Source: an uncultured delta proteobacterium (GTDB lineage Bacteria; Desulfobacterota; Binatia; UBA9968). From it: DNA of 64,000 nucleotides. The notes under the pieces were generated by a model. That model worked only from the letters and a program-made list of their open reading frames with translations, did no database searches and was not told the DNA's origin. Both the position numbers and the translations under genes were made by a program. Of the stretch, positions 29,025-39,717 are shown piece by piece (position 1 is the first letter of the stretch; every line of letters begins with the position of its first letter). The stretch covers positions 384,001 through 448,000 of the forward strand of contig CAWFJP010000004.1 in the NCBI GenBank assembly GCA_963816145.1, given 5' to 3'.

Positions 29025-30227
29025 TCAATTCACTCGTTCGACGATGGTGGCAATGCCCTGGCCGACGCCAATGCACATGGTTGCCAAGCCATACCGGCTG
29101 CCGCGTTTTTGCATTTCATGCACCAGGGTCGTCATCATGCGCGCGCCGCTGCAGCCGAGTGGATGACCCAGGGCGATGGCACCGCCGTTGACGTTGAGTT
29201 TGTTCAAGTCGATGCCCAACTCGCGGCAGCAAGCCAACACCTGGGAGGCGAACGCTTCGTTCAATTCGACCAGATCGATCTGATCGATGGTCAGGCCGGC
29301 GCGCTTCAAGGCTTTCTGCGTCGCCGGAATCGGCCCGATGCCCATGTAGTTGGGATGCACGCCCGCGGCCGCCGAGGCGACGATGCGCGCCAGCGGTTTG
29401 AGTTTCAACTGTTCGGCTTTTTGCGGCGTCGTGATCAGCAGGGCAGCGGCGCCGTCGGAGAGCGGCGATGAATTCCCCGCGGTGACGCTACCGCCTTTCT
29501 TGAATGCCGGCTGCAGACCGGCGAGAATTTCCAACGTCGTGTCCGAGCGTGGCCCTTCATCTTTGTCATGCACCAGCGGCGCGCCTTTGCGCTGGGGAAT
29601 CTCGAAGGGGATGATTTCGTCTTTCAGCCGGCCGTCTTTTTGCGCCTGGATCGCTTTCTGATGGCTTGCCAGAGCGAGCTTGTCCTGGTCTTCCCGGCTG
29701 ATGTTATGTTTCTCGGCGACATTTTCCGCTGTCTCGCCGTTGTTGATCAGCGAATAGAGCTCGCCCATGCGTTTGTTGGGAAAGCGCCAGCCGAGCGAGC
29801 TGTCGTACATTTGAATATCGCCGCGCTGAAATGGATTCGCCGGTTTGCCCATGACCCAGGGACCGCGGGTCATGCTTTCGACGCCGCCGGCGACGAAGAG
29901 GTCGCCGTGATCGGTCTCGATGGCGCGGGCCGCTTGATTGATCGCTTCGAGCCCGGAACCGCATAGGCGATTGACCGTGGCGCCTGGAACGGTGTAGGGC
30001 AGGCCTGCAAGTAAGGACGCGTTGCGCGCGACATTGCGCGAATCCTCGCCGGCCTGGTTGGTGCAGCCGAAGTAGACATCTTCGATCTCGTCTTTGCTAA
30101 TGCCGGTTTTGTCGACCATCTTGCCGATGATGTAGGCGGCGAGATCGTCGGTGCGGATGTCTTTTAGAATCCCGCTATGGCGCCCCGTGGGCGTGCGCGC
30201 GGCGGCGACGATGACGGCTTCTTTCAT
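29025..30227 (-). CDS. paaJ: Acetyl-CoA C-acyltransferase (PaaJ/PcaF-like thiolase)
   Basis: [47 protein letters not shown]. Confidence 0.88.
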   Translation of the reverse strand: MKEAVIVAAARTPTGRHSGILKDIRTDDLAAYIIGKMVDKTGISKDEIEDVYFGCTNQAGEDSRNVARNASLLAGLPYTVPGATVNRLCGSGLEAINQAARAIETDHGDLFVAGGVESMTRGPWVMGKPANPFQRGDIQMYDSSLGWRFPNKRMGELYSLINNGETAENVAEKHNISREDQDKLALASHQKAIQAQKDGRLKDEIIPFEIPQRKGAPLVHDKDEGPRSDTTLEILAGLQPAFKKGGSVTAGNSSPLSDGAAALLITTPQKAEQLKLKPLARIVASAAAGVHPNYMGIGPIPATQKALKRAGLTIDQIDLVELNEAFASQVLACCRELGIDLNKLNVNGGAIALGHPLGCSGARMMTTLVHEMQKRGSRYGLATMCIGVGQGIATIVERVN

Positions 30228-30970
30228 GATTTCACCTGACCTTCGTTATGGGAATAAAATCCTCTGCCGCTGATTTCGCCGAGATAGCCGGCGGTGACCA
30301 GTTTCTTGAGCAGCGGCGCCGGCCGGTAGCGATCGTCGCCGGTTTCCCGTCGCAGTCCTTCGAGGACGGCGAGGACTTCGTCGAGACCGATCTGATCGGC
30401 CCAGCGCAGCGGCCCCTGGGGATAGTTCACGCCGAGGCGCATGGCGATGTCGATCTCCTCGGCAGCGGCGACACCTTCTTCCAGGCTGCGCGCTGCTTCG
30501 TTGATGATCAAACTCAAGATCCGCGGAAAGGTCAGCCCGGCGGTGTCCTTGACGCGCACGGTCTCCTTGCCGAGGTTTTTGAATAGCTGCTCGGTTTGCT
30601 CGACGGACTTGTCGAGAGTGCGTAAGCCGGGCGCGAGCTCGATGAGTTTGCGATCGTTTACCGGATAAAAGGTCGCAAAGCCGACGACGCGCTCGGGTTT
30701 CTTCACCCAGGAGGCCATCAAAGTGGTCGAGAAGCGCAGACAGGAGCTGACGATGATACCGCTTGCCGATAGCGAGGCGTCGAGCCGCTGCAAGACCGCG
30801 CGCTTTTTGTCATCGTTGCCGTTCTCGGTGTCGATGACGAATTGGCTGGTCGGTGCGATCGCCGTGGCGTCGTGCAGCTGCGCGACGTCGAGCCCCTTTT
30901 CCCGGCCCAATGCGACGAATTCATCGGCCAACCGGCCTTTGCCGATGACTGCGAGACTACTTTTTGCCAT
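30224..30970 (-). CDS. 3-hydroxyacyl-CoA dehydrogenase, PaaH C-terminal-half-like
   Basis: Degenerate Rossmann motif; IINEAA, IDIAMRLGVNYPQGPL, YRPAPLL, GRGFY. Confidence 0.8.
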   Translation of the reverse strand: MAKSSLAVIGKGRLADEFVALGREKGLDVAQLHDATAIAPTSQFVIDTENGNDDKKRAVLQRLDASLSASGIIVSSCLRFSTTLMASWVKKPERVVGFATFYPVNDRKLIELAPGLRTLDKSVEQTEQLFKNLGKETVRVKDTAGLTFPRILSLIINEAARSLEEGVAAAEEIDIAMRLGVNYPQGPLRWADQIGLDEVLAVLEGLRRETGDDRYRPAPLLKKLVTAGYLGEISGRGFYSHNEGQVKS

Positions 30971-31823
30971 AGCTATAAAAACCCCGTCCGGTCTTGCGCC
31001 CGAGGTTGCCGCCGGCGACCATGCGCTGCTGAATCGGGCTCGGGCGAAAACGCGGATCTTCGAAAAACGAGCGATAGAGCGATTCGGTGGCGGCGAAGTT
31101 GATGTCGTTGCCGATCAAGTCCATCAACTCGAACGGCCCCATGCGGAAGTTGCCGGCTTCTTTCATGATGCGGTCGATGGTCTCCACCGCGGCGTTGCCG
31201 TCGCCGAGCACGCGCAGCCCTTCGTTGTAGAACGGCCGGGCGATCCGGTTGACGATGAAGCCCGGGGTGTCTTTGGCGCGCGCCGGGGTTTTGCCCATGG
31301 CCTTCATCAGCGCGGTGGCTTTTTCAATGGTCGCGCTGCTGGTGCGGTCACCCTGGATCACCTCGACCAAAGCCATGAGCGGCGGTGGGTTGAAGAAATG
31401 CAGCCCGAGCACGCGTTCCTGATGCTGCGTGGCGGCAGCGATGGCGGTGACATTGAACGACGAAGTGTTGGTCGCCAGTAAAGTCTCCGGGCCGCAGATG
31501 GCATCCAACTGCTTGAAGATATCGCGCTTGAGTTCAAGCTTTTCCGGCGCCGCCTCGATGACCAGCGTGCTGCCCTGGGCATCGTCGAGGCTCGTACTGG
31601 TGTGAAAACGGCCGAGGATTTCTTGTTCCTGTTCGGCACTGATCTTGCCGCGCTCCCGGCTGCCTTGGAGAAAGTTTTTGATTTTTCCCAAGCCTATGTC
31701 GATGAATTCTTGCTTGATGTCATAGACGAGGGTCTGGAAGCCGGCTTGAGCGGCGACCTGAGCGATCCCCGCGCCCATGGTGCCGGCGCCGAGGACGGCG
31801 ATTTTTTCACTTGGATTGGCCAT
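30957..31823 (-). CDS. paaH: 3-hydroxyacyl-CoA dehydrogenase, PaaH N-terminal-half-like
   Basis: GAGTMGAGIA, ATNTSS, GLHFFNP, PGFIVNRIARPFYNE, FRMGPFELMD. Confidence 0.88.
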   Translation of the reverse strand: MANPSEKIAVLGAGTMGAGIAQVAAQAGFQTLVYDIKQEFIDIGLGKIKNFLQGSRERGKISAEQEQEILGRFHTSTSLDDAQGSTLVIEAAPEKLELKRDIFKQLDAICGPETLLATNTSSFNVTAIAAATQHQERVLGLHFFNPPPLMALVEVIQGDRTSSATIEKATALMKAMGKTPARAKDTPGFIVNRIARPFYNEGLRVLGDGNAAVETIDRIMKEAGNFRMGPFELMDLIGNDINFAATESLYRSFFEDPRFRPSPIQQRMVAGGNLGRKTGRGFYSYGKK

Positions 31824-31898
31824 ATTTTCTAATCGATTTGGGTTTCGGCTTGTTTGATCTTCAGGTTTGCGATTGAGCTATATCTGACGCTTCCTATT

Positions 31899-31993
31899 TT
31901 ACCACGAAAAGCACGAAGGAGACGAAGGTTTGATTGGCGGCTGGGTTTAAAACCCCGCCCCCTACTTCGTTATCTTCGTGTCCTTCGTGGTGA
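31899..31993. repeat. 9-bp-period palindromic element (CACCACGAAG...CTTCGTGGTG family)
   Basis: accacgaaaagcacgaaggagacgaagg ... cttcgttatcttcgtgtccttcgtggtga. Confidence 0.75.
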
Positions 31994-32022
31994 GCATTCG
32001 TTTTCAATCCACCCGCAATCAT

Positions 32023-32802
32023 CTACTTGCCGGTAAATACCGGCGTGCGTTTTTCCAAGAAAGCTTTCACGCCCTCGTCGTAGTCACTGCTGCGACCGGC
32101 GATTTCTTGCAAATTTGCTTCGTATTCCAAGTCAGCTTCAATGTTGGGCAGATTGGCGTGATTGACGGCGCGTTTGATCAGACCGATGCCGCGCGGAGCT
32201 TTGGCGACGCGTTCGGCGATTTCGCGCGCCGAGGCGGCGAATTCGGCGGCTGGGAAGACCCGCGCCACCAGGCCGATGCGCTGGGCTTCTTTGGCGTCGA
32301 CGGTATCGCCGAGCAACAAAAGCTCCATCGCCTTGCTGACACCGACGAGCCGGGTCAGGATAAAACTGCCGCCGGAGTCGGGCGCCAAGCCGACGCGCAC
32401 GAACGATTGAATAAATTTGGCTTCCTCCGAGGCGACGCGCAGATCGCAGGCCAGGGCGAAATTGCAGCCGGCGCCGGCGGCCACGCCATTGACGGCGGCG
32501 ATGACGATCTTCTCCATGCCGCGGATCTGGCGGATCATCGGATTGTACTTTTCCCGCAGCGACGCGCCCAAGGAACCTTTTTGATCGGGTGTGCGGCCCT
32601 TCAAATCCTGGCCGGCGCAAAATGCCCGGCCGGCGCCGGTGATCATGAAACAGCGAACTTCTGTGTCCCGTTCGCCGTCGCGCAACGCTTCGAGCACTTC
32701 CTTGTTCATCTGCGGCACGAAGGCGTTTAACGCCTGGGGCCGATTGAGCGTGACCGTCGCTACGCCGTTTTGCTTCTCGTAATCAATGGTTTCGTAGGCC
32801 AC
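32023..32802 (-). CDS. paaG: Enoyl-CoA hydratase/isomerase, PaaG-like
   Basis: AFCAGQDL, YNPMI, VNGVAAGAG, GLAPDSGGS. Confidence 0.82.
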   Translation of the reverse strand: MAYETIDYEKQNGVATVTLNRPQALNAFVPQMNKEVLEALRDGERDTEVRCFMITGAGRAFCAGQDLKGRTPDQKGSLGASLREKYNPMIRQIRGMEKIVIAAVNGVAAGAGCNFALACDLRVASEEAKFIQSFVRVGLAPDSGGSFILTRLVGVSKAMELLLLGDTVDAKEAQRIGLVARVFPAAEFAASAREIAERVAKAPRGIGLIKRAVNHANLPNIEADLEYEANLQEIAGRSSDYDEGVKAFLEKRTPVFTGK

Positions 32803-32808
32803 GGGAGT

Positions 32809-33603
32809 TTACTTACCTTTAAATTCCGCTTTGCGCTTTTCGAGAAACGCCTTCATTCCTTCGCTGCGGTCTTCCGAGGCGAACAGAAGATAAAATGCTT
32901 TCCGTTCGAACTCCAGGCCTTCGTCGAGGCCGGTGTTGGCCGATTTGAGCACCGCCTCTTTGGCGGCCTTGATCGCGAGTTGGGGTTTCGCGGCGATCTT
33001 CTTGGCGATGTTCTTGGCTTCTTCGAGACAAAGCTCGACGGGCACGACGCGGTTGACCAGACCGAAGCGCTCGGCGTCGCTGGCGCTCAGCATGTCGCCG
33101 GTGAGCACCAGCTCCATGGCGCGATGTTTACCTAGCAGGTGCGTCAGCCGCTGGGTGCCGCCACTACCGGGGATGATGCCCAGGTTGACCTCGGGTTGGC
33201 CGAAGCGGGCATTCTCGGCAGCGACGATAATGTCGCAGCTCATTGCCAGCTCACAGCCGCCGCCCAGGGCGAAGCCAATCACAGCGGCGATCACCGGCTT
33301 GGAGATCTTGTTGATCTTGTCGCGATAGGCGAGGCGCTCATGGACCATGGCGTCGAAGGGGCCTTTGTCGGCCATCTCCTTGATGTCGGCGCCGGCGGCG
33401 AAGACTTTGTCTCCGCCAGTGACGACGATCACGCGCACTTCGGGATCCTGGTCGAGCTCCTGCATGGCCAACGAAAGGTCTTTGACCAGACCATACGACA
33501 GAGCGTTGAGAGCTTGCGGCCGGTTCAGGGTCACGACAGCGATGGCGCCGTCACGGCCGACTATAACGTTGTCGTAGTTCATCGGATTTGAGCTTAAAGA
33601 CAT
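32809..33603 (-). CDS. paaF: Enoyl-CoA hydratase, PaaF-like
   Basis: [39 protein letters not shown]. Confidence 0.85.
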   Translation of the reverse strand: MSLSSNPMNYDNVIVGRDGAIAVVTLNRPQALNALSYGLVKDLSLAMQELDQDPEVRVIVVTGGDKVFAAGADIKEMADKGPFDAMVHERLAYRDKINKISKPVIAAVIGFALGGGCELAMSCDIIVAAENARFGQPEVNLGIIPGSGGTQRLTHLLGKHRAMELVLTGDMLSASDAERFGLVNRVVPVELCLEEAKNIAKKIAAKPQLAIKAAKEAVLKSANTGLDEGLEFERKAFYLLFASEDRSEGMKAFLEKRKAEFKGK

Positions 33604-33737
33604 ACACCATGGTTAGCGGCGATTCAAGAAACAGTTCGCTTAGCGGCTACTCCGAATTGATTGCAAAAACTGACACTTACACTCAGTGCAAGGTTTGATT
33701 GACACCCCAGATGCGATTTGCCAAGATCGGCTAATCC

Positions 33738-34421
33738 ATGTCCAACCGCGTTGAACCCGCAACTCGTCACTACGACGAAAAACTGCAACTGATTCTCAAA
33801 ACCTCGGCGAAAATCTTTGCCGAGAAGGGATTTCATCACACGTCGGTGCGCGACATATCGCGCGCCACCAAGATGAGTTTGTCGGGGCTCTACTATTATT
33901 TCACGACCAAGGAAGAGCTGCTCTATCTGATCCAGGAGCGCTGTTTCATTACTTTGCTCGGCCACTGGGAGCAGATCGACATGCCGGAGTCCGACGTGCG
34001 CGGACGGATACGGGCGTTTGCCGAGAATCATCTCGGCTTCTTTCTCCACAATATGCATGAAATGAAAGTCATGGCCCATGAGGACGAGTCGCTGACCGGC
34101 GACTTCGACGAAAAGATCCTTGTGCTCAAGCGCCGCTACGTCAAAGTGATCGTGGATTTATTGGCGGAGCTGCCGGAAAAAGCCGGCGGCAAAGCCATCG
34201 ACCTGCGGGTGGCGACTTTCACGCTCTTCGGCATGATGAACTGGATCTACACCTGGTATCAGCCCAAGCGCGACTTGCCGTTCCCGCAATTGATCGAGCA
34301 GATGCTGCGCATCTATTTTTTCGGTTTGGTCAAAGCTGGCAGCGAAGCAGAGCCCTGGTTCACTGCGCCGGCGTCGGCGAGCGCCAAGGATGCGTTTTCG
34401 CTCTGGCACAACATTCCTTAG
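33738..34421 (+). CDS. TetR/AcrR family regulator (KstR2-like C-domain), divergent from the acyl-CoA operon
   Basis: FAEKGFHHTSVRDI...GLYYYFTTKEELL; GMMNWIYTWY. Confidence 0.9.
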   Translation: MSNRVEPATRHYDEKLQLILKTSAKIFAEKGFHHTSVRDISRATKMSLSGLYYYFTTKEELLYLIQERCFITLLGHWEQIDMPESDVRGRIRAFAENHLGFFLHNMHEMKVMAHEDESLTGDFDEKILVLKRRYVKVIVDLLAELPEKAGGKAIDLRVATFTLFGMMNWIYTWYQPKRDLPFPQLIEQMLRIYFFGLVKAGSEAEPWFTAPASASAKDAFSLWHNIP

Positions 34422-34498
34422 ATGGCAAGGCAAAAGTTAAAAGGTAAAAGTAAAAAATCGGCCGGCCGCAGGACAGATTGAATTGGTTTGGAGTCGTT

Positions 34499-35034
34499 AT
34501 GAATTTGTTGCGCATCGGCGATCACGCGCCGGATTTTAAAGTTAGAGGAATTTTGCACGCGCAGGTCGGCGAGTATTCTCTCGGCGCCGGCAAAGGCAAA
34601 TGGCTTGTGCTGTTTTTCTATCCGGCCGACTTTACCTTTATCTGTCCCGACGGAAGTCTACCGGTTTTAGCAAGGCGAGAAGGATTTTGCCGCCGAGGAT
34701 GCGCTGGTTTGGGGTGTTAGCGTCGATTCCGTCGACAGCCACCGCTCATGGTCCGCGGAGTTGGGCGGTTTGGACTGTCCGCTGCTGAGCGATGACAACG
34801 AAGAGTCTGAGCAGCGCCTACGGTGTGCTCGACGAGAAAGACGGCGTCGCGTTGCGCGCGACATTTATCGTCAATCCTGCTGGCGTCATCTGCTACCAAG
34901 TCGTCAGCCACGTCAACGTCGGCCGCAGCGTCGAAGAAACCTTGCGCGTGCTCAAAGCGCTGCGCACGGAGCGGTTGTGCCCCTCCGATTGGAAGCCGGG
35001 CGAGGCGACCGGCGATTTGGCGCTGAAATATTAG
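34499..35034 (+). pseudogene. ahpC: Peroxiredoxin (AhpC/Prx1 type) broken by several single-base indels
   Basis: FFYPADFTFICP in one frame; GVSVDS and PLLSD in another; ALRATFIVNP...GRSVEETLRVL...CPSDWKPG in a third. Confidence 0.85.
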
Positions 35035-35132
35035 AATAATGGATAATTGATAATTGAGAATGGATCATTTCGGAAATCGGGGGCGCCGTGCCTGGTCTTT
35101 AATTTTCAATTATCCATTTTCCATTATCAATT
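35035..35132. repeat. Heptamer-period inverted repeat
   Basis: aataatggataattgataattgagaatgg ... aattttcaattatccattttccattatcaatt. Confidence 0.7.
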
Positions 35133-35137
35133 GATCT

Positions 35138-35869
35138 ATGTCGCTCGATGCCATTCAGCAAAAGAAGCAGGTTATCGAAAGCCGCTCGCGGATTCGCGAG
35201 TTTGTTTTCGGCATTCAAGACGGTTTGATCAGCACGGTCGGCCTGCTCGCCGGCGTTCAGAGTGCAACCGAAAGTAACGTTGTCGTCATCGTCACGGGGC
35301 TGACCGCAATGTTTTCCGGGGCGATCTCCATGGCCACCGGTTCCTATCTCTCGTCCGGCGCGCAGAAGGATATTTTCGACAAAGAGCTTGCCGATGCCGA
35401 AAAGCTTGCCGCCAGCGAGCCGTATATCGCCGCGGAGGGCTTGTTGAAAGCCCTCGGCGAAGAGGGGCTGAGCAAAGAGCAAAGTTACCGCATGGTGAAG
35501 GTGCTGCTGGCCGAGCGCAAAGTCTTCATGCGCACCTTCCAAGAAAAAGTGTTCGGCCTGGGCAGCGCGGAAATCAATCAGCCGTTCAAGGCGGCCCTGG
35601 TGATGGGGATGTCCTTCATTATCGGCGCCATCGTTCCGATCCTTCCGTTTATCGCGATGGGTGGGGTCGCAGCGCTTTATCTGTCGGTTTGCTTGAGCGC
35701 GGCTACACTGTTTATCGTCGGCGCGTTCAAAGGCCGTCTCGCCGACCAGTCCATCCTGGTCTCCGGCGCCAAGTTTTTTGTCGTTGCCGTGAGTGCTGCT
35801 GGCGTGGGTTATCTCATCGGTCTTGGCGTGCAGTGGTTTTTCCCGGGAATCACGATTCCGGCGGGGTAG
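35138..35869 (+). CDS. VIT1/CCC1 family iron/manganese transporter
   Basis: REFVFGIQDGLIS, GAISMATGSYLS, GAIVPILPF. Confidence 0.9.
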   Translation: MSLDAIQQKKQVIESRSRIREFVFGIQDGLISTVGLLAGVQSATESNVVVIVTGLTAMFSGAISMATGSYLSSGAQKDIFDKELADAEKLAASEPYIAAEGLLKALGEEGLSKEQSYRMVKVLLAERKVFMRTFQEKVFGLGSAEINQPFKAALVMGMSFIIGAIVPILPFIAMGGVAALYLSVCLSAATLFIVGAFKGRLADQSILVSGAKFFVVAVSAAGVGYLIGLGVQWFFPGITIPAG

Positions 35870-37238
35870 AAGAATCAGCGTCTTCGCCTTGAAATCCATA
35901 TTTTTTGAGCTTGTAGCGAAGGGCACGCTCGGTGACGCCGAGTAATTCCGCGGCGCGCGTCTGCACGCCGTTGGCGCGTTTGAGCGCCTCTCTGATCATG
36001 CGCCGTTCCAGGCCTTCGACAGCGGCGGTGAGTTGAGTCTGCGCCTCGCTGAGAGCGTCCGGGTCATCGAGTATCAGCGGCAAATCGCCGCGATCGATCA
36101 CGTCGCCGCGGCAGAGAACCACGGCGCGCTCGAGCAAATTTTCCAACTCACGCACATTGCCCGGATAATCGTAGCGCAACAGCGCATCGCGCGCTGCGCG
36201 GCTAAAACCGCGCAGACTTTTGCCGTTCTTAGCGGCAAATAGCTTGAGAAAATGATCCATGAGAGGCGGCAAATCCTGGCGCCGTTCGCGCAGCGGCGGC
36301 AGCAGAATGGTTACGACGTTGAGACGATAATACAGATCATCGCGAAACTGTCCCGCTCGCATCAAAGACTCGAGGTCGCGATGGGTCGCCGAGAGAATCC
36401 TGACATTGACCTTGATCGGCTGGCTGGAGCCGACCCGTTCGAACTCGCGTTCCTGGAGGACGCGAAGAAGTTTCGCCTGAAGGTGGAGCGGCAGGTCGCC
36501 GATCTCATCGAGAAACAAAGTGCCTGTGTCTGCCAGCTCAAATCGTCCTTTGCGAGTCGAGATGGCACCGGTGAAGGAACCCTTCTCGTGGCCGAACAGT
36601 TCTGACTCCAGCAAATTCTCGGGCAGGGCGGCGCAGTTGACGCGCACCAGCGGCCGGGCCGCCCGCGGGCTGGCGTAATGGATCGCTTTGGCGATCAGCT
36701 CTTTGCCCGTGCCGCTTTCACCGCGAATCAAGACCGTCGCTTCGCTGGCCGCGACGCGCTGTACGAGTGAAATGACTTCGACCATCTGGCCGCTTTCGCC
36801 GATAATTCCCTCGATGCGGTGGCGCGATTTGAGTTCCTCGCGCAGGGCGCGATTTTCTGCGTAGAGCCGGTGCTGTTCGACAATTCGCTGAATTTTTTGC
36901 CGGAGCTCATCCAGATTGAGGGGTTTGGCTACATAATCTGCGGCGCCGTCCCTCATCGCTTCCACGGCGGTTTCAACGCTGCCGTAGGCGGTCATGACGA
37001 TCACCTGGGTTTCTGGATTGATTTCCCGAGCGGCCTTGAGCAGATCGAGGCCGGAAAGGCCGGGCATCCGCTGATCGGTCAAGATCAGCTCCATCGGCGC
37101 CTGTCGAAACAGTTCCAGCGCCGACTCGCCGCCGGCGGCGGTGAAAACTTCAAATCCCTGCTTCTTGAGGTAGCCGCTGACCAGCTCGCGCTGGCTCGCT
37201 TCGTCATCGACCACCAGGATGCGGATGGAATCGTTCAT
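35850..37238 (-). CDS. Sigma54-dependent response regulator (ZraR/AtoC-like)
   Basis: LVVDDE, TDQRMP, GESGTGKE, ESELFGHEKGSFTGA, YPGNVRELEN, C-terminal HTH. Confidence 0.93.
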   Translation of the reverse strand: MNDSIRILVVDDEASQRELVSGYLKKQGFEVFTAAGGESALELFRQAPMELILTDQRMPGLSGLDLLKAAREINPETQVIVMTAYGSVETAVEAMRDGAADYVAKPLNLDELRQKIQRIVEQHRLYAENRALREELKSRHRIEGIIGESGQMVEVISLVQRVAASEATVLIRGESGTGKELIAKAIHYASPRAARPLVRVNCAALPENLLESELFGHEKGSFTGAISTRKGRFELADTGTLFLDEIGDLPLHLQAKLLRVLQEREFERVGSSQPIKVNVRILSATHRDLESLMRAGQFRDDLYYRLNVVTILLPPLRERRQDLPPLMDHFLKLFAAKNGKSLRGFSRAARDALLRYDYPGNVRELENLLERAVVLCRGDVIDRGDLPLILDDPDALSEAQTQLTAAVEGLERRMIREALKRANGVQTRAAELLGVTERALRYKLKKYGFQGEDADSSTPPES

Positions 37239-37244
37239 TTAGGT

Positions 37245-38978
37245 TCAAGCGCCGGCGCTAGGCAGCGATACCCGAAAGCAGGAGCCCTGTCCCGGCCAAC
37301 TCTCCACGGCTATCTTACCACCATGGGCCTCCGCGATTCGACGGGCAATGGCCAGCCCCAAACCGGAGCCGTTGGTTTTGGTGGTGAAATAGGGCTCGAA
37401 GATCTTGCTCAAATTCTCCGCCTCGATGCCGATGCCTTGATCGCGGATGTTCAGGCGCAAAAATTCTTTTTCCGCGACGGCTTGCACCGACAGCTTGCCT
37501 CCGCCCGGCATGGCTTGCACGGCGTTCAGCATGAGATTGAGCAGGAGCTGTTTGAAATAATTTCGGTCCGCCCGCAGCGGCGGCAGATTCGGCGCGACCT
37601 TTAGCTCGATGTCCACCTTCGATGCGTGGGCGTCGGCAGCCAGGAGTGTCGTGATCTCGTCGAGAAATTCATCGATCCGGATCTGTTCTTGGTTCAGTTT
37701 TAGCGGCCGGGCCAAGGAGAGAAATTGTTCGACGGTGCTATTGAGCCGACGAACTTCGTCCTGCATCAGATTCAAAAAATGGGCGTACTCCTCGGAATCT
37801 CCGGTCGGTGTGAACTCGGCCTTGAGACGCTGCAGGCCCATGGACACGGAGTTGAGCGGGTTGCGTATTTCATGGGCCACTGTGGCCGCCATGTTGCCGA
37901 GCTCTGAAAGCCGCTCTTTGCGGTTGATTTCTTGTTCCAGCGATCGGACTTTCTGCAAGTGCCCCCTTTGATTATAGAAGATGGCGCCGATGCCCAGGAT
38001 GCCCACCGTGAGGATGCCGAGGCCGAAGACGGCCATCGAGCGCAGACTGCGCTGCCAAGCCGCTTCCGTGGACTTCAACGAGAGCCCGATCTCGAGAAAT
38101 CCCAGCGTCGCGCCATTGACCCTCACCGCCTTGACGACATCAAAGTGGCGGCTGCCGTCAGGCTGTTCGACGATCTTGCGGCCAATTCCTTGGTTCGATT
38201 TCGCCTCGATTAGAAGCGGGTTGTCTTGTCGACGATTGACGGTTTGCGGGTCGGTATGGGCCAGGACTTTGAAGTCGTTGTCGACCAACGCGATATGCTC
38301 GATATCAGACTGCCGGCCCAGTTCTTCGATGTGTTTTTGCACAGCGATCTGTTTGCGAAAATTGACGATGTAATCGGCATTGGCGTGGACGGCGATAATG
38401 CCGGGAAAGCTCCGGGCGCCGATGGCGACACCGAATACGCTGCCCTCCCAAAATTTCTTTGCTGCGACTTTCGGCGGCGGCGGGGCTGCATCTTGCGCCA
38501 GACGCCAGCGCCTGCCCCACATGAAGGTCATCATGGTCCGGCGCTGCTCATCGGACTCCGCCGGCGGCAGTTTCCCCATGCGAGCCATCATCTCTTGCAT
38601 GCGCCGGGGGGCCGGCGTGGGAGGGGTCTGCAGCGGCTGCCCCTTGGAATCGAGCAGTTCAATTTTGCTAAGTCGATTGGCAGCGGCGATCTGCTGGAGC
38701 ATTTTCTCGTCTGTCCGGGGAAATTGCAGCAGCTCATCGATGAGCCGCGCGTTGTCAAACAGTCGCTGGCTGATGAGCTCCTCCAATAATGAATTCGCCA
38801 GCACGGAGGCACGGACATTGGCTTCGATAGCGTCGGCCAAAGCCAGTCCCTTGGCTTCGGTCTGGCGCAACAACTCGTCTTGAAAACGACGCGCCTCAAA
38901 GAAAATATAAACCGAAACAAGCGCGAGAAGCAGCAGGACGGAGAGAATGAAGTGACGCGGTAATATGCTTCGTCCCAT
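37245..38978 (-). CDS. Membrane sensor histidine kinase (ZraS-like)
   Basis: Two TM helices; VAHEIRNPLN; NLMLNA; DQGIGI; FEPYFTTK; GSGLGLA. Confidence 0.92.
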   Translation of the reverse strand: MGRSILPRHFILSVLLLLALVSVYIFFEARRFQDELLRQTEAKGLALADAIEANVRASVLANSLLEELISQRLFDNARLIDELLQFPRTDEKMLQQIAAANRLSKIELLDSKGQPLQTPPTPAPRRMQEMMARMGKLPPAESDEQRRTMMTFMWGRRWRLAQDAAPPPPKVAAKKFWEGSVFGVAIGARSFPGIIAVHANADYIVNFRKQIAVQKHIEELGRQSDIEHIALVDNDFKVLAHTDPQTVNRRQDNPLLIEAKSNQGIGRKIVEQPDGSRHFDVVKAVRVNGATLGFLEIGLSLKSTEAAWQRSLRSMAVFGLGILTVGILGIGAIFYNQRGHLQKVRSLEQEINRKERLSELGNMAATVAHEIRNPLNSVSMGLQRLKAEFTPTGDSEEYAHFLNLMQDEVRRLNSTVEQFLSLARPLKLNQEQIRIDEFLDEITTLLAADAHASKVDIELKVAPNLPPLRADRNYFKQLLLNLMLNAVQAMPGGGKLSVQAVAEKEFLRLNIRDQGIGIEAENLSKIFEPYFTTKTNGSGLGLAIARRIAEAHGGKIAVESWPGQGSCFRVSLPSAGA

Positions 38979-39175
38979 GGTCGGCGGCCATTATAGTCGG
39001 CGGCGTCGCCGTAAACAAAGTATCGATCCGAAGTTTAATTCTAAAATCCGCTGCCTGATTTTGAGCGAACTGGAGTGGTAGCGATGCGTTACACGACTCC
39101 ACGGCTCCCGACATCGGCGGTCCGCGTTAAGCGAGAGGCCCCATCGCGGGGCCTCTCCTGGCTTCAGATTGACCG

Positions 39176-39577
39176 TTAGGACCCTCGGCCCCATGGCCCG
39201 CCAAAGGGCATAATGTTACCCCAGGGGTTCACGCGCAGGGTCCGAAGTTCGCCGGCTTCGTTCTTTAGTTCCACCGAATACATGGTGTGGACTCTGCCGG
39301 TGAACGGCAGCACGCGCTCAACGGTGAATCCTTTGAGGTACTGTCCCGCGTACGCCGTGGCCAGTTCCTTGGCTTTCGCTTCGTCGATCGCGCTGGCCGG
39401 CGCCGTGGCGCCCGCGCAAGGCGCGCCGCCGGCCATCCAGCCTCGCCCTCCGCCCATCATTCCCGGACCCATGCCGCCGAAGCGGCCGCCGGGTCCGCCG
39501 CCCCACTGTGCCGATGCCACGCCGGTTAGTAGTGCCAACCCTCCTGCTACTGCGATAGCGCTTAAGACCTTTTTCAT
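39176..39577 (-). CDS. Small exported Gly/Met-rich protein with a PepSY-like domain (ZraP/Spy-type accessory position)
   Basis: Signal peptide ending ASA; GMGPGMMGG; LRVNPWG; AAGGAGG RBS. Confidence 0.7.
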   Translation of the reverse strand: MKKVLSAIAVAGGLALLTGVASAQWGGGPGGRFGGMGPGMMGGGRGWMAGGAPCAGATAPASAIDEAKAKELATAYAGQYLKGFTVERVLPFTGRVHTMYSVELKNEAGELRTLRVNPWGNIMPFGGPWGRGS

Positions 39578-39621
39578 AACCTGTCCCTCCTTTTGGGTTT
39601 CGTCTTTGACTTTTTGTTAGC

Positions 39622-39636
39622 GCAAGCTGAGTGCCA
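39622..39636 (-). promoter_or_regulatory. Sigma54 -24/-12 promoter
   Basis: Minus strand TGGCAC-TCAGC-TTGC, the full consensus, 45 bp upstream of the 39577 start. Confidence 0.85.
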
Positions 39637-39717
39637 ACAACGGCGACGAAGGAACCGGTTAATTTTAATAGTGTTTTTCTCTTTCGCGATTGGGCTGCGG
39701 CGAATAATAATCGCCGC

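Noticed and set aside
34640-34660. Sec-containing or programmed-frameshift peroxiredoxin
   Set aside because: The codon is TGT (Cys), and several independent indels are needed to restore the frame; no single slippery site explains them.
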